Positions 1 to 13,500 of a stretch of DNA of 64,000 nt are shown one piece after another. The translations under genes were made by a program, and so were the position numbers. Origin of the DNA: Okamejei kenojei (Eukaryota); NCBI GenBank assembly GCA_035221665.1, contig CM069163.1:13454001-13518000 (forward strand), in the 5' to 3' direction. Every line of letters starts with the position of its first letter. Position 1 is the first letter of the stretch. The notes beneath the pieces were generated by a model that did no database searches, was not told where the DNA came from, and saw only the letters and a program-made list of their open reading frames with translations.

Positions 1-149
1 TGGAATAGAAGCAAATATCTAAAATCAAATGGTCGTTACAGTGATATGTTAACGTTGTGACAAACGTTGGAAATTAAATATTTTAGGATATGAAAATATT
101 CATAGGCAAAATTGAATATTGGTGGGGTGGCCCAATATTAAAGAATGGG

Positions 150-1270
150 ATGAATGCAGTTGAGATGAGCGATCTTAATTTGGGGGGGGGAAAAATCTAA
201 TAACTGATGGAACTAAATCACAGTAAAGGGCAGAGAGCATTGGGAGTTGTGTATAGCTTGCCCTCAGATTTGTCACCTAAAGAATTCCTGTATGGTATAC
301 ATTGGGAAATAGGAGGTGAATGTACCAGGGTTAATACGATTATCATGAGAACTTTAGGTAATTATTGGTCCAACCAAATTGGCCAAAACTTTTTTATACC
401 AGCACTTTGAAGAATGCAAGGAAAGACTATTTGAGATCAGTTGTGTGTAAGAAGAAATTGTTAATAAAAGATCCAATTGTTAAGGAGTTTTTAGGGAATA
501 GTGATTTATAGTAGAAGTTTAGATCGAATCTGAAAGCAAGTTGGTTCAATCTGAAACCAGAGGTTACCATCTGAATAAAATAAATTACGAAGGCATGAAA
601 AATAAATAAGTTATGGTAGGGCGGGAATCTTCATGAAATGATAGAATTGTACAAGCAGACGAACAGGCATTGACAGAATGAAGTTTTAAATTTACAATAT
701 ATTTGTTTTTTATGGAAACAACAAAACAAGAATTCTATTGCCTTTGCTATCAGGGGACTTAAAATAGTATTTCATCAAAATAAAAGTCTTACTGTCCCAA
801 AAAAAGTGAGCCTGAGAATCGAGAAGATTTCAACATTTATCCAAGGACCAACGATTAAGAGAAGAGAACGTAAGCTACTAGTCTAGTTATAAAGTCGGAA
901 TATGGAAGCCGCTGTAGTATTGTCTGAACCAACTGATTAATTAAATTTGAGAGGGGGAATGGGACTTTGCTGGGAAATGATATGGATCTGAAGGACCAAA
1001 TCATTCCTTCTGTGTAATTGTAAGTGTTCCTTATAGACTGACAGTGGAAAATGTATATTGGAAATTGAAGAAATGGCAGGGAAGTGAAATATTTTATGTT
1101 TGTCTTCAACAAAGATTTGTGGAAGTGGTGGAATGACCTCCTTTACTTCATGGAAGTAACAATGAAGTAATATTAACCTCAATTGAGCATTGACTTTTAT
1201 GTATACATAATTTCCTCTTGGTCTAAGAGGGAGGCAAGAATAAGTTGAGATTAAAAAATGGAAAAGTAAA
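150..1270 (+). mobile_element. Degraded CR1 LINE, endonuclease/linker region
   Basis: MELNHSKG..LGVVYSLP and YF..VF remnants; many stops. Confidence 0.6.
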
Positions 1271-1734
1271 ATGGAACGAAACACCCAGCCGAAGTTTAAT
1301 TTATGTTCTCAATGACTTAAATCTGTCATCCACATTTCTCAACATTTTTTACAGTTGTTTTGAATATCATGAACTCAATTTTGAAATTATCCAGGGAAAT
1401 AATGAACATTATTCATTACTGGAACACTTGAAACACTTTGCATTTTACAACTTTGAATATGAATATACAACCAAAAAACAATGGTTTAATAATAAAAAGT
1501 GCCAGAAACACTCAATAGGTCAGACAGCATTTGTGGAAAGAGGGTTTCACGTTAGAAGACCCTTCCACCATGCACCACATTTGCCTGCGTATCCCTCTAG
1601 ACATTATTTATACATGTACCTGTCCAAATGTCTTTTACTAGTTGGAATCGGGTGGGGAATAGTAATCAAAATAATGCTAGGATTTAGTTTAAAATAAAAA
1701 TTAAGGAATGTGTGACGTTTTGGAACGAGAAGAA

Positions 1735-2302
1735 GTGTGAAGGAGGGTTTCGACCCGAAACGCCACCAATTCCTTCGCTCCAGAGATGCTGCCAGTCCCG
1801 CTGAGTTACTCCAGCATTTAGTGGTCAGGTCAGGGGGAGTACCACCAGGTGAGGAGGGGGCTGTGGACCCCCAGCGGGACCAAAAACAAGACCTGTCAAA
1901 GGGCAGGGTACACAAAAAGCTGGAGAGACTCAGCGGGTGCAGCACCATCTAAGGAGCGAAGGAGATAGGCAATGTTTCGGGCCGAAACCCTTCTCTAACA
2001 CCCTGTCAAAGGGCAGATGAGCTTCTAGCGAGCCAACGGCCATCCACACTTCAGTAGAAGTTGCGATCACTGTCGTACATTAGCATTGTAAGGAATGATG
2101 ATAAAGCGCGCACACACCAAAATCCTATACTTCCAGTGGCGGGAGTCCGCAGGAACTGGAGGACATAGATGTGTGGTGTGTCTGTCACCGTTCCCATTGG
2201 AAACCAGCACCACTGCCTCACTAATGTTTTCAATGATAATGAATGAATGAATGAATTGTGTCTACCTTTGATTTAAACCATCTGCAGTTCTTTCCTACAC
2301 AT
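1735..2302 (+). mobile_element. Nested cluster: Penelope terminus interrupted by an unclassified (TGAA)n-tailed element, itself interrupted by a second Penelope terminus
   Basis: ctccagcattt|...|ttgtgtctacc is split at ~1819/2256; inner fragment 1907-2001 is flanked by 15-bp cctgtcaaagggcag. Confidence 0.65.
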
Positions 2303-3896
2303 TTAAACAATGCATCTGTTTTATAAAAGCTTTATTTTAGTAATTAGAATATTGGAGATTCTGGTATAAATTTTTCCTCGCTGAATTACGTATTGATTAT
2401 TGTGAGAAAGCATGAAAATAGGATAGGACAAACACCTCCAAGTCAGCATTGAATAATCATGGCTAATCTGCTCCAGGCCATATCTCCTTGTCTGTGGCAG
2501 TTACGTGTAGTCTTCCATTCTCCAATCTTTTGAACATTTATCTACTTTCTCTTTAAATATCCCCAATGATCTCGCCTCCACAATTCCACCTTATTGACAA
2601 TTCCAAAGATTCATTAACCTCTGCGAATAGTTCAATTCACCTCAGTTTTAAATAAATTCCCCCTTAAACGTAGTTATGTGAACTTATTCGAGATTCGCTC
2701 AAGATGAAACATCTGGACATCTACCTTCCCATGCCCCTGTAAGAATCTTATGTTTCAATATGATCATCCCTCAATCTTCTAAATTCTAAAGAATGTAGAT
2801 TTATTTTTTTTCGGCGCATGTGATGGATAAACCTCTATATCCAGGAATTAGCTTCCTATGAACTGCCTCTTAGGCCAGTTTATTTTTTCTGACATAACTG
2901 TTCACAATACTTGGGTATGAGCTCACCAGCACATGGTACAACTGTAATAGTAAATCTGTGTGAAGAAGGATCCCGACCTGAAACATCAGTATGGATGGAG
3001 CCTAACCCGCTGAGCACTTTGTGTCTCTTATTTTTTTTTAGTCTTTCATTTGGTTTTCTAATCTACTTGCTGCACCTGTCTGCTAACCTTCTATTGACTT
3101 TGCCTTTTAACAAGTAACTTGACAACATTTTCATGCTTGAGTTACTGTTCATAAAACTATTTTTGACCTGAGAATTGTAACATATTACAGTTGAGAAATA
3201 TGTCACTAATTTAAAGTTAACAAGACCTCTACAATTTACCCATCCATTAATCTTTATTGACCAGTTGAGTTATTGTTTGAAATTTCCTGAGTAACCAATT
3301 TCTGCTTTCCTATTTGGTTTTTATTCACTCAAGTAATTCCACTAAACATTGAAGGTGTCTGGAAATTGTTTTAATGACTTTATTGCACAAATTTTTTTTT
3401 AATGGAATATCGTGAACTATTTGGAAAACCATCATATTTTTGCCACCATGATCATACTTAAGCTGCTCCACTTTAATTAATTTTATTCATTTAATTGACT
3501 GAAAAATTTATTAGCGATATCAAAACAAGATGGGGGGAAAAAACATTTGGACTTCGAAATGGGAAAGAGCAGAAATGGGAAGGAAAATGAAGTTTGCTGA
3601 AATCAGATGATCTATTCTCAGAATTTATTGTGATGACATTTGTATTCAAGGAATTGTGGCATTTTGTGTAGTTGTTCATGGAAATATAGTCGACAATGTT
3701 AAAGTGTGAAAGGGTTACATCATCTATATTTTTGCACTTTAATTCATTCTTCATTTACTATCAAAAACTGATTATCATATAAATATTCTACAGTAATTTC
3801 CCCCCATTAATCAATGAAGCATATATTAGAGTAATTTTCAAATTGTATGCAGTGGCCATTTTGGATTTGAGATTAAGATTCTCATTGTTATCTTAG

Positions 3897-3924
3897 AAAA
3901 TGGCTGCCGTAGCAGTAGGCAAAG
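3897..3924 (+). other. Candidate 28-nt cassette or alternative start exon in EHMT1 intron 1 (ATG GCT GCC GTA GCA GTA GGC AAA G)
   Basis: tcttag| acceptor, consensus AAG|gtaagt donor, ATG in strong context overlapping a YY1-type AAAATGGC motif. Confidence 0.5.
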
Positions 3925-4269
3925 GTAAGTGAAAAGTGTAGCTGTGAGAAATACGTCCTCGCAAACAGAATGTTTTCAAAGTTATTTTAAATCAAAAATT
4001 TATGGCACAAAACAATATCTAGTGCAGCATACAGAACTTTATGGGAAAGTGTGTGTGGTTAATTTGGTATTATGAAAGTTATCAATAGTCTGTTTTCTGT
4101 TGGTTTAGGAAATTTCTAGTTTGTAAACAATTTGAAACTAGTTTATAACAGTTATGGAGTACATAATCCAGCAACATTCTTGGATTTCTTTCTGCAATAT
4201 TTATGGATCCTCGGCCAGCTAGTTTCCCAGAATGTTTTATCTTTATTTTAACTACTCTTATTGAGTTAT

Positions 4270-4447
4270 AAATGAAGTGTTGGAGGAATTCAGTGGGTCA
4301 AGCACCATCTATGGAGGGAATGGACAGATGAGATTTCTGGGGAGTGGGGAAGATCCCTTCTTCAGAAGGAAGTCTGAAGCAGACCTAATTGCTCCAAATT
4401 TAGTGCATGTTCAAGATTCCAGCATCTGCAAACATTTGCGTTTTCAG
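4270..4447. mobile_element. Older fold-back Penelope pseudo-LTR insertion
   Basis: 14-bp TSD tcttattgagttat (4256-4269 / 4448-4461); cccttcttcaga motif. Confidence 0.7.
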
Positions 4448-5445
4448 TCTTATTGAGTTATTGTTTATACTTGGAAATTGCATGGAAATGTATTTGTCAA
4501 ATGATTTAAGTCTTTAAGATTCTGCCATCAGAATTGTATATTTTCTCAGAACATTTCTTGGAGGAAATAAAAATCTAAAAACAATATTTCATTGAAAGTC
4601 CTCAAAATATGTTATTTTGCTAATTGGTATATTTCATGCAAGATATGTTTATTTAAAAAATAAAATCCAAGCTTAGAAATTGTAAATTAGCAATTTGATT
4701 TTCAGGAAAGGGACAAGTGCTCAAAATCTTAAAGAAAAGATTTTTGAAATGCACACAAAGATAACAATCGGCAAGATGAACTGTGATATAGACATTTTGA
4801 TATGGATTTTTCTCAGAAGCTCAACATATTAATGGGGGTGGGGGGTTTGAATATTCAAAAATAATTAGTATAACTTTTGCACTAATTTAGGACTTTTGTA
4901 TATCCTAAATTATATGCTTTATCACTTTCTTAATGAAATGTCATGTTTTCAGAATAAAAGTGACATTTCTTACAAGCTCTCACTGTTCAATTGTATAAAT
5001 GGTAGAGCAATGTAAGAGGCAAGGACACAATTAAATATCAACATTCAAATCACAGAAACAATTTTGCCTAAAAATTGAATACCAACATTCGATTAACGGA
5101 AATAACCTTGGCTAAAAATTGATCCTTAACACTGAAGGAGAGCAGCTGATAATACAGTCAACCTAAGGGAGAATACAACATTCTACTTGTTGTCAGGCAG
5201 GCCTCTTAGCATCTGGTTCAACTTTTAATCTGTGCATTTTCTGGAATATTTATAATAACACAAAAATATGGTTCCAATGTAAAAAATATAGAATATGTAT
5301 ATCTATATAAAAATCTATAACAAAGGATATAATTACACAACACCTTGAAAAGAGTAATAGGATTGAGCAGAGAAAGCATAAATTTATGAAAAGATTTTCT
5401 GTTGGGTATGTGACTTGAGTCAAGAGGTCATACAGCAGATGATTA

Positions 5446-6042
5446 AGGGGCTGTCCCACTGCGGCGACCTAATCCACGAGTTCAGAAGAGTTTGCCCTCG
5501 ACTCATACTCGCAGCATGGTCGACACAAGGTCCTAGGAGGTCTTTATAACTCTCCTTCATGCTCGAGAGGAGTCCCCGCGTACTGGAGGCCTCAGCTAGG
5601 TCGCGAAGTATTTTTCAACATGCTGAAAAATTCCCTTGAATAAAAAAAGTTGCCATGGAAAAAATCGATATTTTTTTACTTGTAGGTTTAGTCGAGGTAA
5701 GTTGTAGTAGGTCGGCATGTAATTCGTAGGTAATTGGGAGTAGTCGAAGGGAAATGGAGGGAAGTCGAAAGTAAAGCTCGTTGAGAAAAAAAAGGTAAGT
5801 AAACCGACCGGCAATGTTATATGCCCGCTAAACTTTATTAAAAGTTGTCTGGCTTCTTAAAAGTGTCTCCCTCCTAATCTCCCCTTCTCTTCCACGTCCC
5901 GCGCTCTCTAAAGGACTTACCGTTATGTGCGAGCGTCTTTTACCTTCCTGTTCGCGATGAATTTCAGACAACGCTCCCCCGCTTTCCCTGGCCCCCGCCT
6001 TTGCTGTGTGTGTGTGTGTGTGTGTTTGTGTGTGTGTTTGTG
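5446..6042. mobile_element. Related MITE in the opposite orientation, one end missing
   Basis: aggggctgtcccactgcggcgacctaatcc TIR; internal homology to the reverse complement of 37378-38087; ends in (TG)n. Confidence 0.82.
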
Positions 6043-6409
6043 TTCTCTCTATACCTTTCCTATCAATTTACCTGTCTAAATCGCTTTCAAATGTTGCTAC
6101 TATGCGTGTCTCAACTATTTCCTCTGGCTGCCCATTCTTTACATCCATCACCTTCTTGACTGAAAAAGTTGTCCCTCACATTCCTGTTCAATCGTTCCCC
6201 TCTCACCTTAAACCTATGCCCTCTAGGTCTTGGTTTTACTATCTTGGGAGCATTCACCCTGTCTATTTCCCTCCTTATTTTATGCACCTCAATAAGGGTG
6301 TCCAGGGTTATGGGGAGAAGGCAGGAGAATAGGAGAGAGAGATCAGCCATGATTGAATGGCGGAGTAGACTTGATGGGCCAAATGGTCTAATTCTGCTCC
6401 TATCACAGC

Positions 6410-7062
6410 CTGTCTGTCCTTTGTGTTTTAATTGTATGTGTTAAATGTATGTTTTTTAGTGTTCTTAAGCTTGTTTTATGGGGGGGGGGCGGGGAGAGGG
6501 GGAGTTGGTTGAAACGTTCTAATCTCTTACCTCGACAGAGATGTGATTTTGTTCCGTATCGTATCTCCGTCCGCACTGCGGCGTGACATTGAGGAGTTGG
6601 CGGCCTTTGCTGGAGACCGATTTTGAGAGCTCCACCGCGGGTGCCTGTGGACTTATCATTGCGGAGCTCGCGATCGCTTTGTCAGGGATCGATCTTGGAG
6701 ATCCAACCGTGGGTGCTTGTGGACTTAACATCACGGTGCCCACGGTCTCGGATCAGAGACCAACTTCGGGAACTCCAAGCCGCTGGGGTTTCGACTGCCC
6801 CGACGCGGGGGTTTCGACTGCCCCGACGCGGGGGTTTCGACTGCCCCGACGCGGGGGTTTCGACCACCCCGACAGCGGGAGAATAAAGAGGAAGAAGATT
6901 GGACTATTTTGCCTTCCATCACAGTGAGGAATGTGGGGAATCCACTGTGGTGGATGTTTATGTTAACTTTTATGTAGTTGTGTGTCTTATTGCTTTATAT
7001 TTCGTATGGTAGTTTGCATATCACTGTACCTTAACAATAAAATACCTTTGAAACCTTGAAAC
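6410..7062 (+). mobile_element. Unclassified CpG-rich non-coding retroelement with internal minisatellite
   Basis: 3' cactgtacc...aataaa plus (ccttgaaa)n tail; high CpG; no credible ORF. Confidence 0.55.
6785..6873. repeat. 23-bp tandem repeat, ~4 copies (ggggtttcgactgccccgacgcg)
   Basis: Period 23 (ttt at 6789, 6812, 6835, 6858). Confidence 0.95.
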
Positions 7063-7074
7063 CGTAAGAGCTTA

Positions 7075-8031
7075 TGACCCCCATAGCCTCATGTGCTCCA
7101 TGGAATAAATTCTTAGCTTGCCCAACTGCTCCCAATAACTCAGTCCTGGCAACAATCTTCTGTGCACATTTTCCAGCTTTGAGGCATATTCTCTTTTAGC
7201 GTCTTGTACAACTGTAACATAATTTCCCAACTTCTATACTCAATTCCTTGCTCTGGAAGGTCAACACACCACAATGCCACTTTCCAGGAACTATGTACTT
7301 GCACTCCAAGATCCCTCTGCTCTACAACACTCCACAGGGTCCAACCATTCCCTGTCTGGTTTGATTTCCCCAAATGCAATAGCTCACAATTATCCGAATT
7401 AAGCTCCATTACTTAGTCCTCTTGCCCAGCTAATCAAAATCACACTCTAGTTTTGGATAACCATCTACACTGTTTACAATACCACCTATTTTTAGTGTCA
7501 TCTGGAAACTTACAAATCATGCCTTGTACATTCCCATTGAAATAGTTGATGTAGGTGACAAACAGCAATAGGCCCAGTATCGATCCCTGAGGAAACCATT
7601 AGTCTCAGGCCTCCAGTCTGAAAAACAATCTTCGAACGCCTTCCTCTGCTTCTGACCATTAAGCCAATTCTGTATCCAGTTAACTAACTCTTCCTGGATC
7701 TCATGACATCTAATCATCTAGATCAGCAACCAACCTTGTTAAAGGCCTTGCTGAAGTCCACATAGACTACATCTAAGGAACCTTCTTGGCAACTATTTCC
7801 AAAAAACTCATTAAAGTTGATGAGATATAATCTCCCACGCACAAAACCATGCTGACTATCCTTAATCAACCCATCTTTCCAAATGTACACTTCTCTAATC
7901 CCTCAGAATCCTCTCAAGTAACTTTCTCATCAGAATTACTGGTCTAAAATGTGTTTTTTTTTTGCTGCACTTCTTAAATAGAGGCATAACATTGGCCTCA
8001 CAGTCTTCTGGCGCTTCACACCTGTCTAACG
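7075..8031 (-). mobile_element. CR1 LINE RT fragment (resumes at ~9040-9125 after the L1 insertion)
   Basis: ORFs 7140-7409 (CELLHLGKSN, EQRDLGVQVH) and 7517-7717 (NWIQNWL..KQR). Confidence 0.85.
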
Positions 8032-9038
8032 TAATCTCCGTATAGTATTATACCAATTGCAGTAATACCAACAACTGAAGGTATCAGAGGAGATTGGGAA
8101 AACGAATTAAGCATAAACATTTCCAATGAAAGGTGGAAAGGGTACTTATTAAATGTGCATAAATGCTCAATTAACGTAAGACACACTTTAATACAATGTA
8201 AAATCCTACACAGATTATACTACTCAAAAACTAAATTAAACAAATTTTTCCCCAACGTCTCACCAATTTGTGATAAATGCCAGTCTCGAGAAGCTACTAT
8301 AGCACACTCATTCGTCTTTTGTACAAAAATTCAAAGGTTTTGGATTGAAATCTTTGAAATTTTCACAAAATTGTTTAAAATAAAAATGACACCAAAGCCA
8401 GAGTGGATTATTTTCGGAATAACAGAAGGTAGCTCGGAATTAAATGTGATTCAAAAGAATCTATTTGATTTCGGCTTAATAGGAAACAAGCTCAACTTAA
8501 AATTCTGGAAAAATGCCCCTATACCAACAGTAAATATGTGGATTTCAACTATGTTTGAAACACTACATCTGGAAGATATGAGACTCCGCTGGCAGGAAAA
8601 TCAGATCGTTTCTATCAGACGTGGTCTGCATTTATAGAATTGCTACAAAGATAGGGTACCTTGGGCCTTAGTAAAGGGGGATGAAAAACTATCGAGTTGG
8701 TTAATTCCTTTTGCGTGATGTATGTAATATAGTAACTGGCTTTTCTATTTTTTTTCTCTTCTTTTTCTTTTCTAGGGTCTATCTCTTAATCCCCTTTCTC
8801 TAACTCTTTGACCAAGGGTTTTTTCTCTCTTCCCTTTGGCACGCTCTTTCGCTTTCACTTTCACAACTCTTTTCACCTACTTCACGCTCTCTGTTTCTAT
8901 TATTTTTCTTTAAAAGCCATAAAATTATGGGGTACAATGATTGTAACAATATACATGTGATGTACACTGAAATATTTACCTCTATTAAATAAATATTTAA
9001 AAAAAAACCCCAAAAAACAAAAAACAATAAAAAAACAG
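8032..9038 (+). mobile_element. L1/Tx1-like LINE 3' fragment nested in a CR1
   Basis: ORF 8155-8637 with CDKC-x8-H-x4-C knuckle, paralogous to the 43735 ORF; A-rich tail; residual TSD tctaacg (8025-8031 / 9042-9048). Confidence 0.9.
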
Positions 9039-12019
9039 ATATCTAACGACAATTCAGATATCTCAGCCAATATTCGCACACATAGTGTTCTTGGATACAT
9101 CTGATCAGGCCCAGGAGATTTATACAAAAAGCTGGAGTAATTCAGCGGGTCAGACAGCATCTCTGGAGAAAAGGAATAGGTGACGTTTAGATCGTGACCC
9201 TTCTTGAGAATGAGAGTCAAGGGTCTGGATGAACTGCAGGAAGAAGACTCTGATCTCCATGCCTCCTGCTTTGAAGACCAGGACTGAGCTGCTACGACAA
9301 CCTTCAGATCACCGGTGCCATCGCACATGTGTGAGGGACAGCACTCCTCGACTTTCTTACCATTGTGAATAAAATATATCGCATGCATTTGCCCTACGAG
9401 TTCGCCCACGAGTGACTGTGTGGTCACTGCCGAACCCGGTCTCATCCCCGACGCCACAGTTGATATGATTCAGTTCAACTTACTTTAGAAATTTGTATTA
9501 ATTGAGCTATAAATTGGAGCTATGTGGCTTCCTTGGGAAAGCCTTTGTGCATTGTTTCAACTTGCCATTTTCTGTTAAATAGATTCTTGTTTTTTATAGT
9601 AATTACAAATTTATAAATTGAAACATTTAATGGGAATTATCTATGATTTAGATTTTTCCATGTTCATAATATTTTAAATGTTCAAAGTAAAAAAAAAAAG
9701 ACACATGTGTCCACTTATTAATATTTAATTATTATTATTATTTAATTAATTAATATTAACGTCGTGAAACCCTGCAGTACAGTATTTTATTTAGCTTCAA
9801 AATAACAAGCCATTTTTGGTGTCCCAGCGCTTAAACATGAAATGGCTGACTATGCATGTACCTCAACTGAGCATGCTCACAGCAACACAGCTGATCCTAT
9901 GAAGAAGCAGATTTGAACAGGACTCAAACTAGGATTATAATGTAGAAGCCTCTTAAAGTTTTAGCAAGACTGTTGATCTCTAGATTCAGGGTTTGTTTAC
10001 TTCATAAATGGTAAATTTTGTTTCTGAAGGTTTGATGATGGTAAATATCCTCCTGGGTTGACACAAAATGCTGGAGTAATTCAGCGGGACAGGAAGCATC
10101 CTCTTAACTGATTGGAACACTGGATCTTCAGAAACCCCAATGGAAAGTTTCAAATGTTTCTCAATTTTACCATACATTTGCTCAAGCTAAATTTTTGATA
10201 AAGATTTCAAATATGTTACCCTCTGAGGGGGCAAATAATTCTGCAGTATTGCTATATGTGAAATCATCAATTTAGGCACTTTTTGAGATATTTGAGGCTT
10301 AAGGTGTGAGCTCTAGCACAATAAAAATATTCATCGGTATTTTACAGAATAGCAGAAATTGGGTGAAGATTTGTATCCCAGATAAGGCTTGATTTGATGG
10401 AATGATGGTTTCTAAACTAATACATGATTGCCTTTGAAAATGATACCATGACGCCTGGCACTTGATGTTAATGGTACCTTTTGTTTGAGAGTATGATTTT
10501 GTAAATGTTCATATTTGAGTTAATCTACGGTGTTTGAGTTGAAGTGATAAATTACAAGATAACTGGGTGTAGAAACTATTCCAGCTACGTTTGTTATTCA
10601 TTCCAGTATATTTGAAAGACTTTTTAAAACAAACATGTAACTTTAATTTCAAGAAATACTTTGTGAGCTTCTGATGTCATAAACCATTGGGAGTGTTATT
10701 TTGCTTTCTATGTTCTGTAAAACAATGGCAAAGGACAAGGAAAAACTGAATTTTGCATGGTGTTTCAAAAGTGCCCCACGTGATACTTTTATAGAATTAT
10801 TCCGTCATATTTCTGAGTTTCTGTTGACCAGATTTTTAAACTAGTTTTAATCTAGTTTTGGATAAAATAAAGTTTTGGAGCTTCCTCATTGTTAATATTT
10901 TATTCTTCAGTTCCCATTTATTTTTGTATTAATCTTTATGTAGTAAATAAAGTGAATTGTGAATTTGAGCTGTTATATAGTCAGAAAAACAAACATGAAT
11001 TTTTGCTCGTGTCATGCAAGAGCAAGTCATTGAACAAATACTTGGAGGAACATTGCAGCTGTTCTTCAAGATAATTTCTCCAAGAGAATTTATCTCTTTT
11101 TAATTATAAGCGATGATGAACAAAGAGTAAGCAATCTGAATTTGATGGTACCTTCTTTAAGTAAAAGCACTTCAGAAAAAAATAAGGTAAACAGTTATGT
11201 GAAAGTCGAGGAATTTCTGTGTTCAGTTTTTTTGGCTTTATGTAATCTGGTTGAGGTTCTTTTTTAATATGAATCTTGACAATAAGAGCATATCCAGATT
11301 AGCCATATAAGAGCATATCCAGTATAGCCATGTGTCACCAAATTTAATTTAATCATATTTAGCTGCACTAAGATTTTTGCCACGTACAAAACAGGCTGGT
11401 TATTCTATTTATCTCCTAACACCACAAACTGTTTCCATCAATTATGAGGAATGTTAAAATTTTAGTGGAATGCTTTTTGGTTTAGTGGATGCAGTGACCA
11501 CAACATTTAAAAATCTATACAATCTGTTCGAGCATACCATGCATAACTCTATACTGGTAGTTCTCAGCCTGAGATCCATGTACCAAATGCAGTCCAATCA
11601 GCACACTTCTGCAACTCGTGACATACATTACAAATTTTAAATGGATACATGGTTTTCGTGGTTGCATTTCACTTAACAATGTCAAATGATTTAAGAACCA
11701 CTGACGTGAAAAATCACTCCCTCCACCACTAGCGCAACATGTCTATACATTGCCCCATTTCCAAAATCTACTGCAGCAACATAGAGTTCGAGTGAAAGAC
11801 CTGCTTCAAACCTTGACCTCCATACCAAGAAGGATGCCAGACTAATAGAATGAGAGCAGAAGGCTGAGACCAATTTGACTTGATTCCTTTGTTGATGTGT
11901 GTGAATTCTCGAGCTCTCTGCGCAAAAACATTTTGGTGTTCCTTTTCCTGACGAACTATAATAATTTAAAAAAAGTGGCCAATAATTCCCTTCTCAAAGG
12001 TATTATGACTGGATATTTA

Positions 12020-12851
12020 ATACAGGTGAAATCCTGAAATTGCGCCAAAACAGTACACAATAGTGCTACAATTTTTGGCCCACCTTACCATTTTCCTGGT
12101 GTGTGGTGTATCAAGTTTAGTTCAGATTGATGGTATATTTTACAAGTTCACATTTTAAACTTTACAAAACCCCAGTTTGACAAAAATCTGGCAGTTAGCA
12201 GCGTTTGACATCACAATGGGATCTCATTTACATAAACTACTCGTCAGCAGTTTTGACAAAAATCACTTGAACTTGCAGCGGCAGTTACCAGCGTATGATG
12301 TCACAATAGGATCCAATTTACATAAACTGCCCGTCAGCAGTGTTCCACCCCACAAAGACAAACTCCATGTTAAGAAACACAGCACCGTTCCACCATTACA
12401 TCACAATGGAATCTCATTTAGCAGCTTATGACATCACAATGGGTTTGCGAATCTCATTTACATAAAATATTGCTCTTTTCAAAAAAATTCTATGACAATG
12501 TTAACAAAGACAGGACTCTCAGTGCAATGAGAGATTTGTTACATTGTTGTAAGGAGAGGGATGAGGAGAGGATTGTTTACTGTTATTTAAACAGATAGAG
12601 GGAAAGGAGGGGGGTAGGGAGGGAAGAGGGGTTATGAAGGGAGGGAGTGACTGAGGGTAGGGGAAAGGTGAGGGAGGAAGTGGGGGAGGAGGAGAGGGGA
12701 AAGAAGAGGGTGGGTGAAGAGGAGGGGGAATGAGTCGTGCCTGCGCAGTTGGGGGCTATGGGTGAATGGGGGAATATTTTGTTGGGGAATGGGTGAGTGG
12801 TGGAATATTGCATTGGAGGAAAGGGGCCCCAACAGGTCCCACTTGGTCTAG
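12020..12851 (+). mobile_element. Non-autonomous Helitron-like element, 3' end visible
   Basis: Subterminal imperfect hairpin ggggcc-ccaac-aggtccc followed by CTAG|T at 12848-12852; internal repeats tgacatcacaatgggatctcatttacataaa; purine-rich tract at 12595-12730. 5' boundary approximate. Confidence 0.6.
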
Positions 12852-13500
12852 TGCTTTTTAAAATCTTTACTCTTTATCCCTAACATCCCAGGACGGGAGG
12901 GGGGATGGTGCAAAGTTTGGGCAAAGTGCGTGCGTTTGTGGGTTAAGCCTTAACTTAAGGGTGGTTAGTCTGGAAAATTGTTGATTTCAGAACATTTCTG
13001 CATTAAATTTCTCAAGCCTAGTTATTTCAGTGGTTTCATTAATGATGTTCTCTATCATGCGATTGATAATGATTCTATTCACAATACTTGCAACAATATC
13101 TGGAATTGTTTAGGCTTGGACTAAATTGTGGAGTAATATTCAGGTCTCTTGCCTGTCAGCAACAGTCTCCAGCAAGAGATCTTGCATCAATTATCCCAGC
13201 GATTTAAAAGTCATTACCATTGCTAAATCAGCTAATATCAGCCTGCATATCGATGGAAAAATCGATACTTGGATTGGCTTGCCTTAGTCCTCACATCTCT
13301 CCTCAAAGGAGACATTGGGAATGTTAATAGAACATTGCCGACTTCCCTCAATGTAGTTGTGTCACTCATCAGGACATTTGAGACTCTGAAAGACAAAGAA
13401 GTCTTCTTTGATATTTTGTTTCAGTAAAGATGGCATTGTAGATACTAATTTCGGTCTTGATGTTGGGAAAACTGTACCATGCATTCGGAGATGTTAAATA

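Noticed and set aside
1245-1697. 150-aa ORF
   Set aside because: Spans AT-rich intron and repeat fragments; no homology cues.
6785-6873. CRISPR-like short palindromic repeats
   Set aside because: Units are head-to-tail with no spacers, in a vertebrate intron; this is a minisatellite.
11283-11330. Short tandem duplications (also at 16603-16655 and 21872-21920)
   Set aside because: Ordinary slippage duplications with no further structure.
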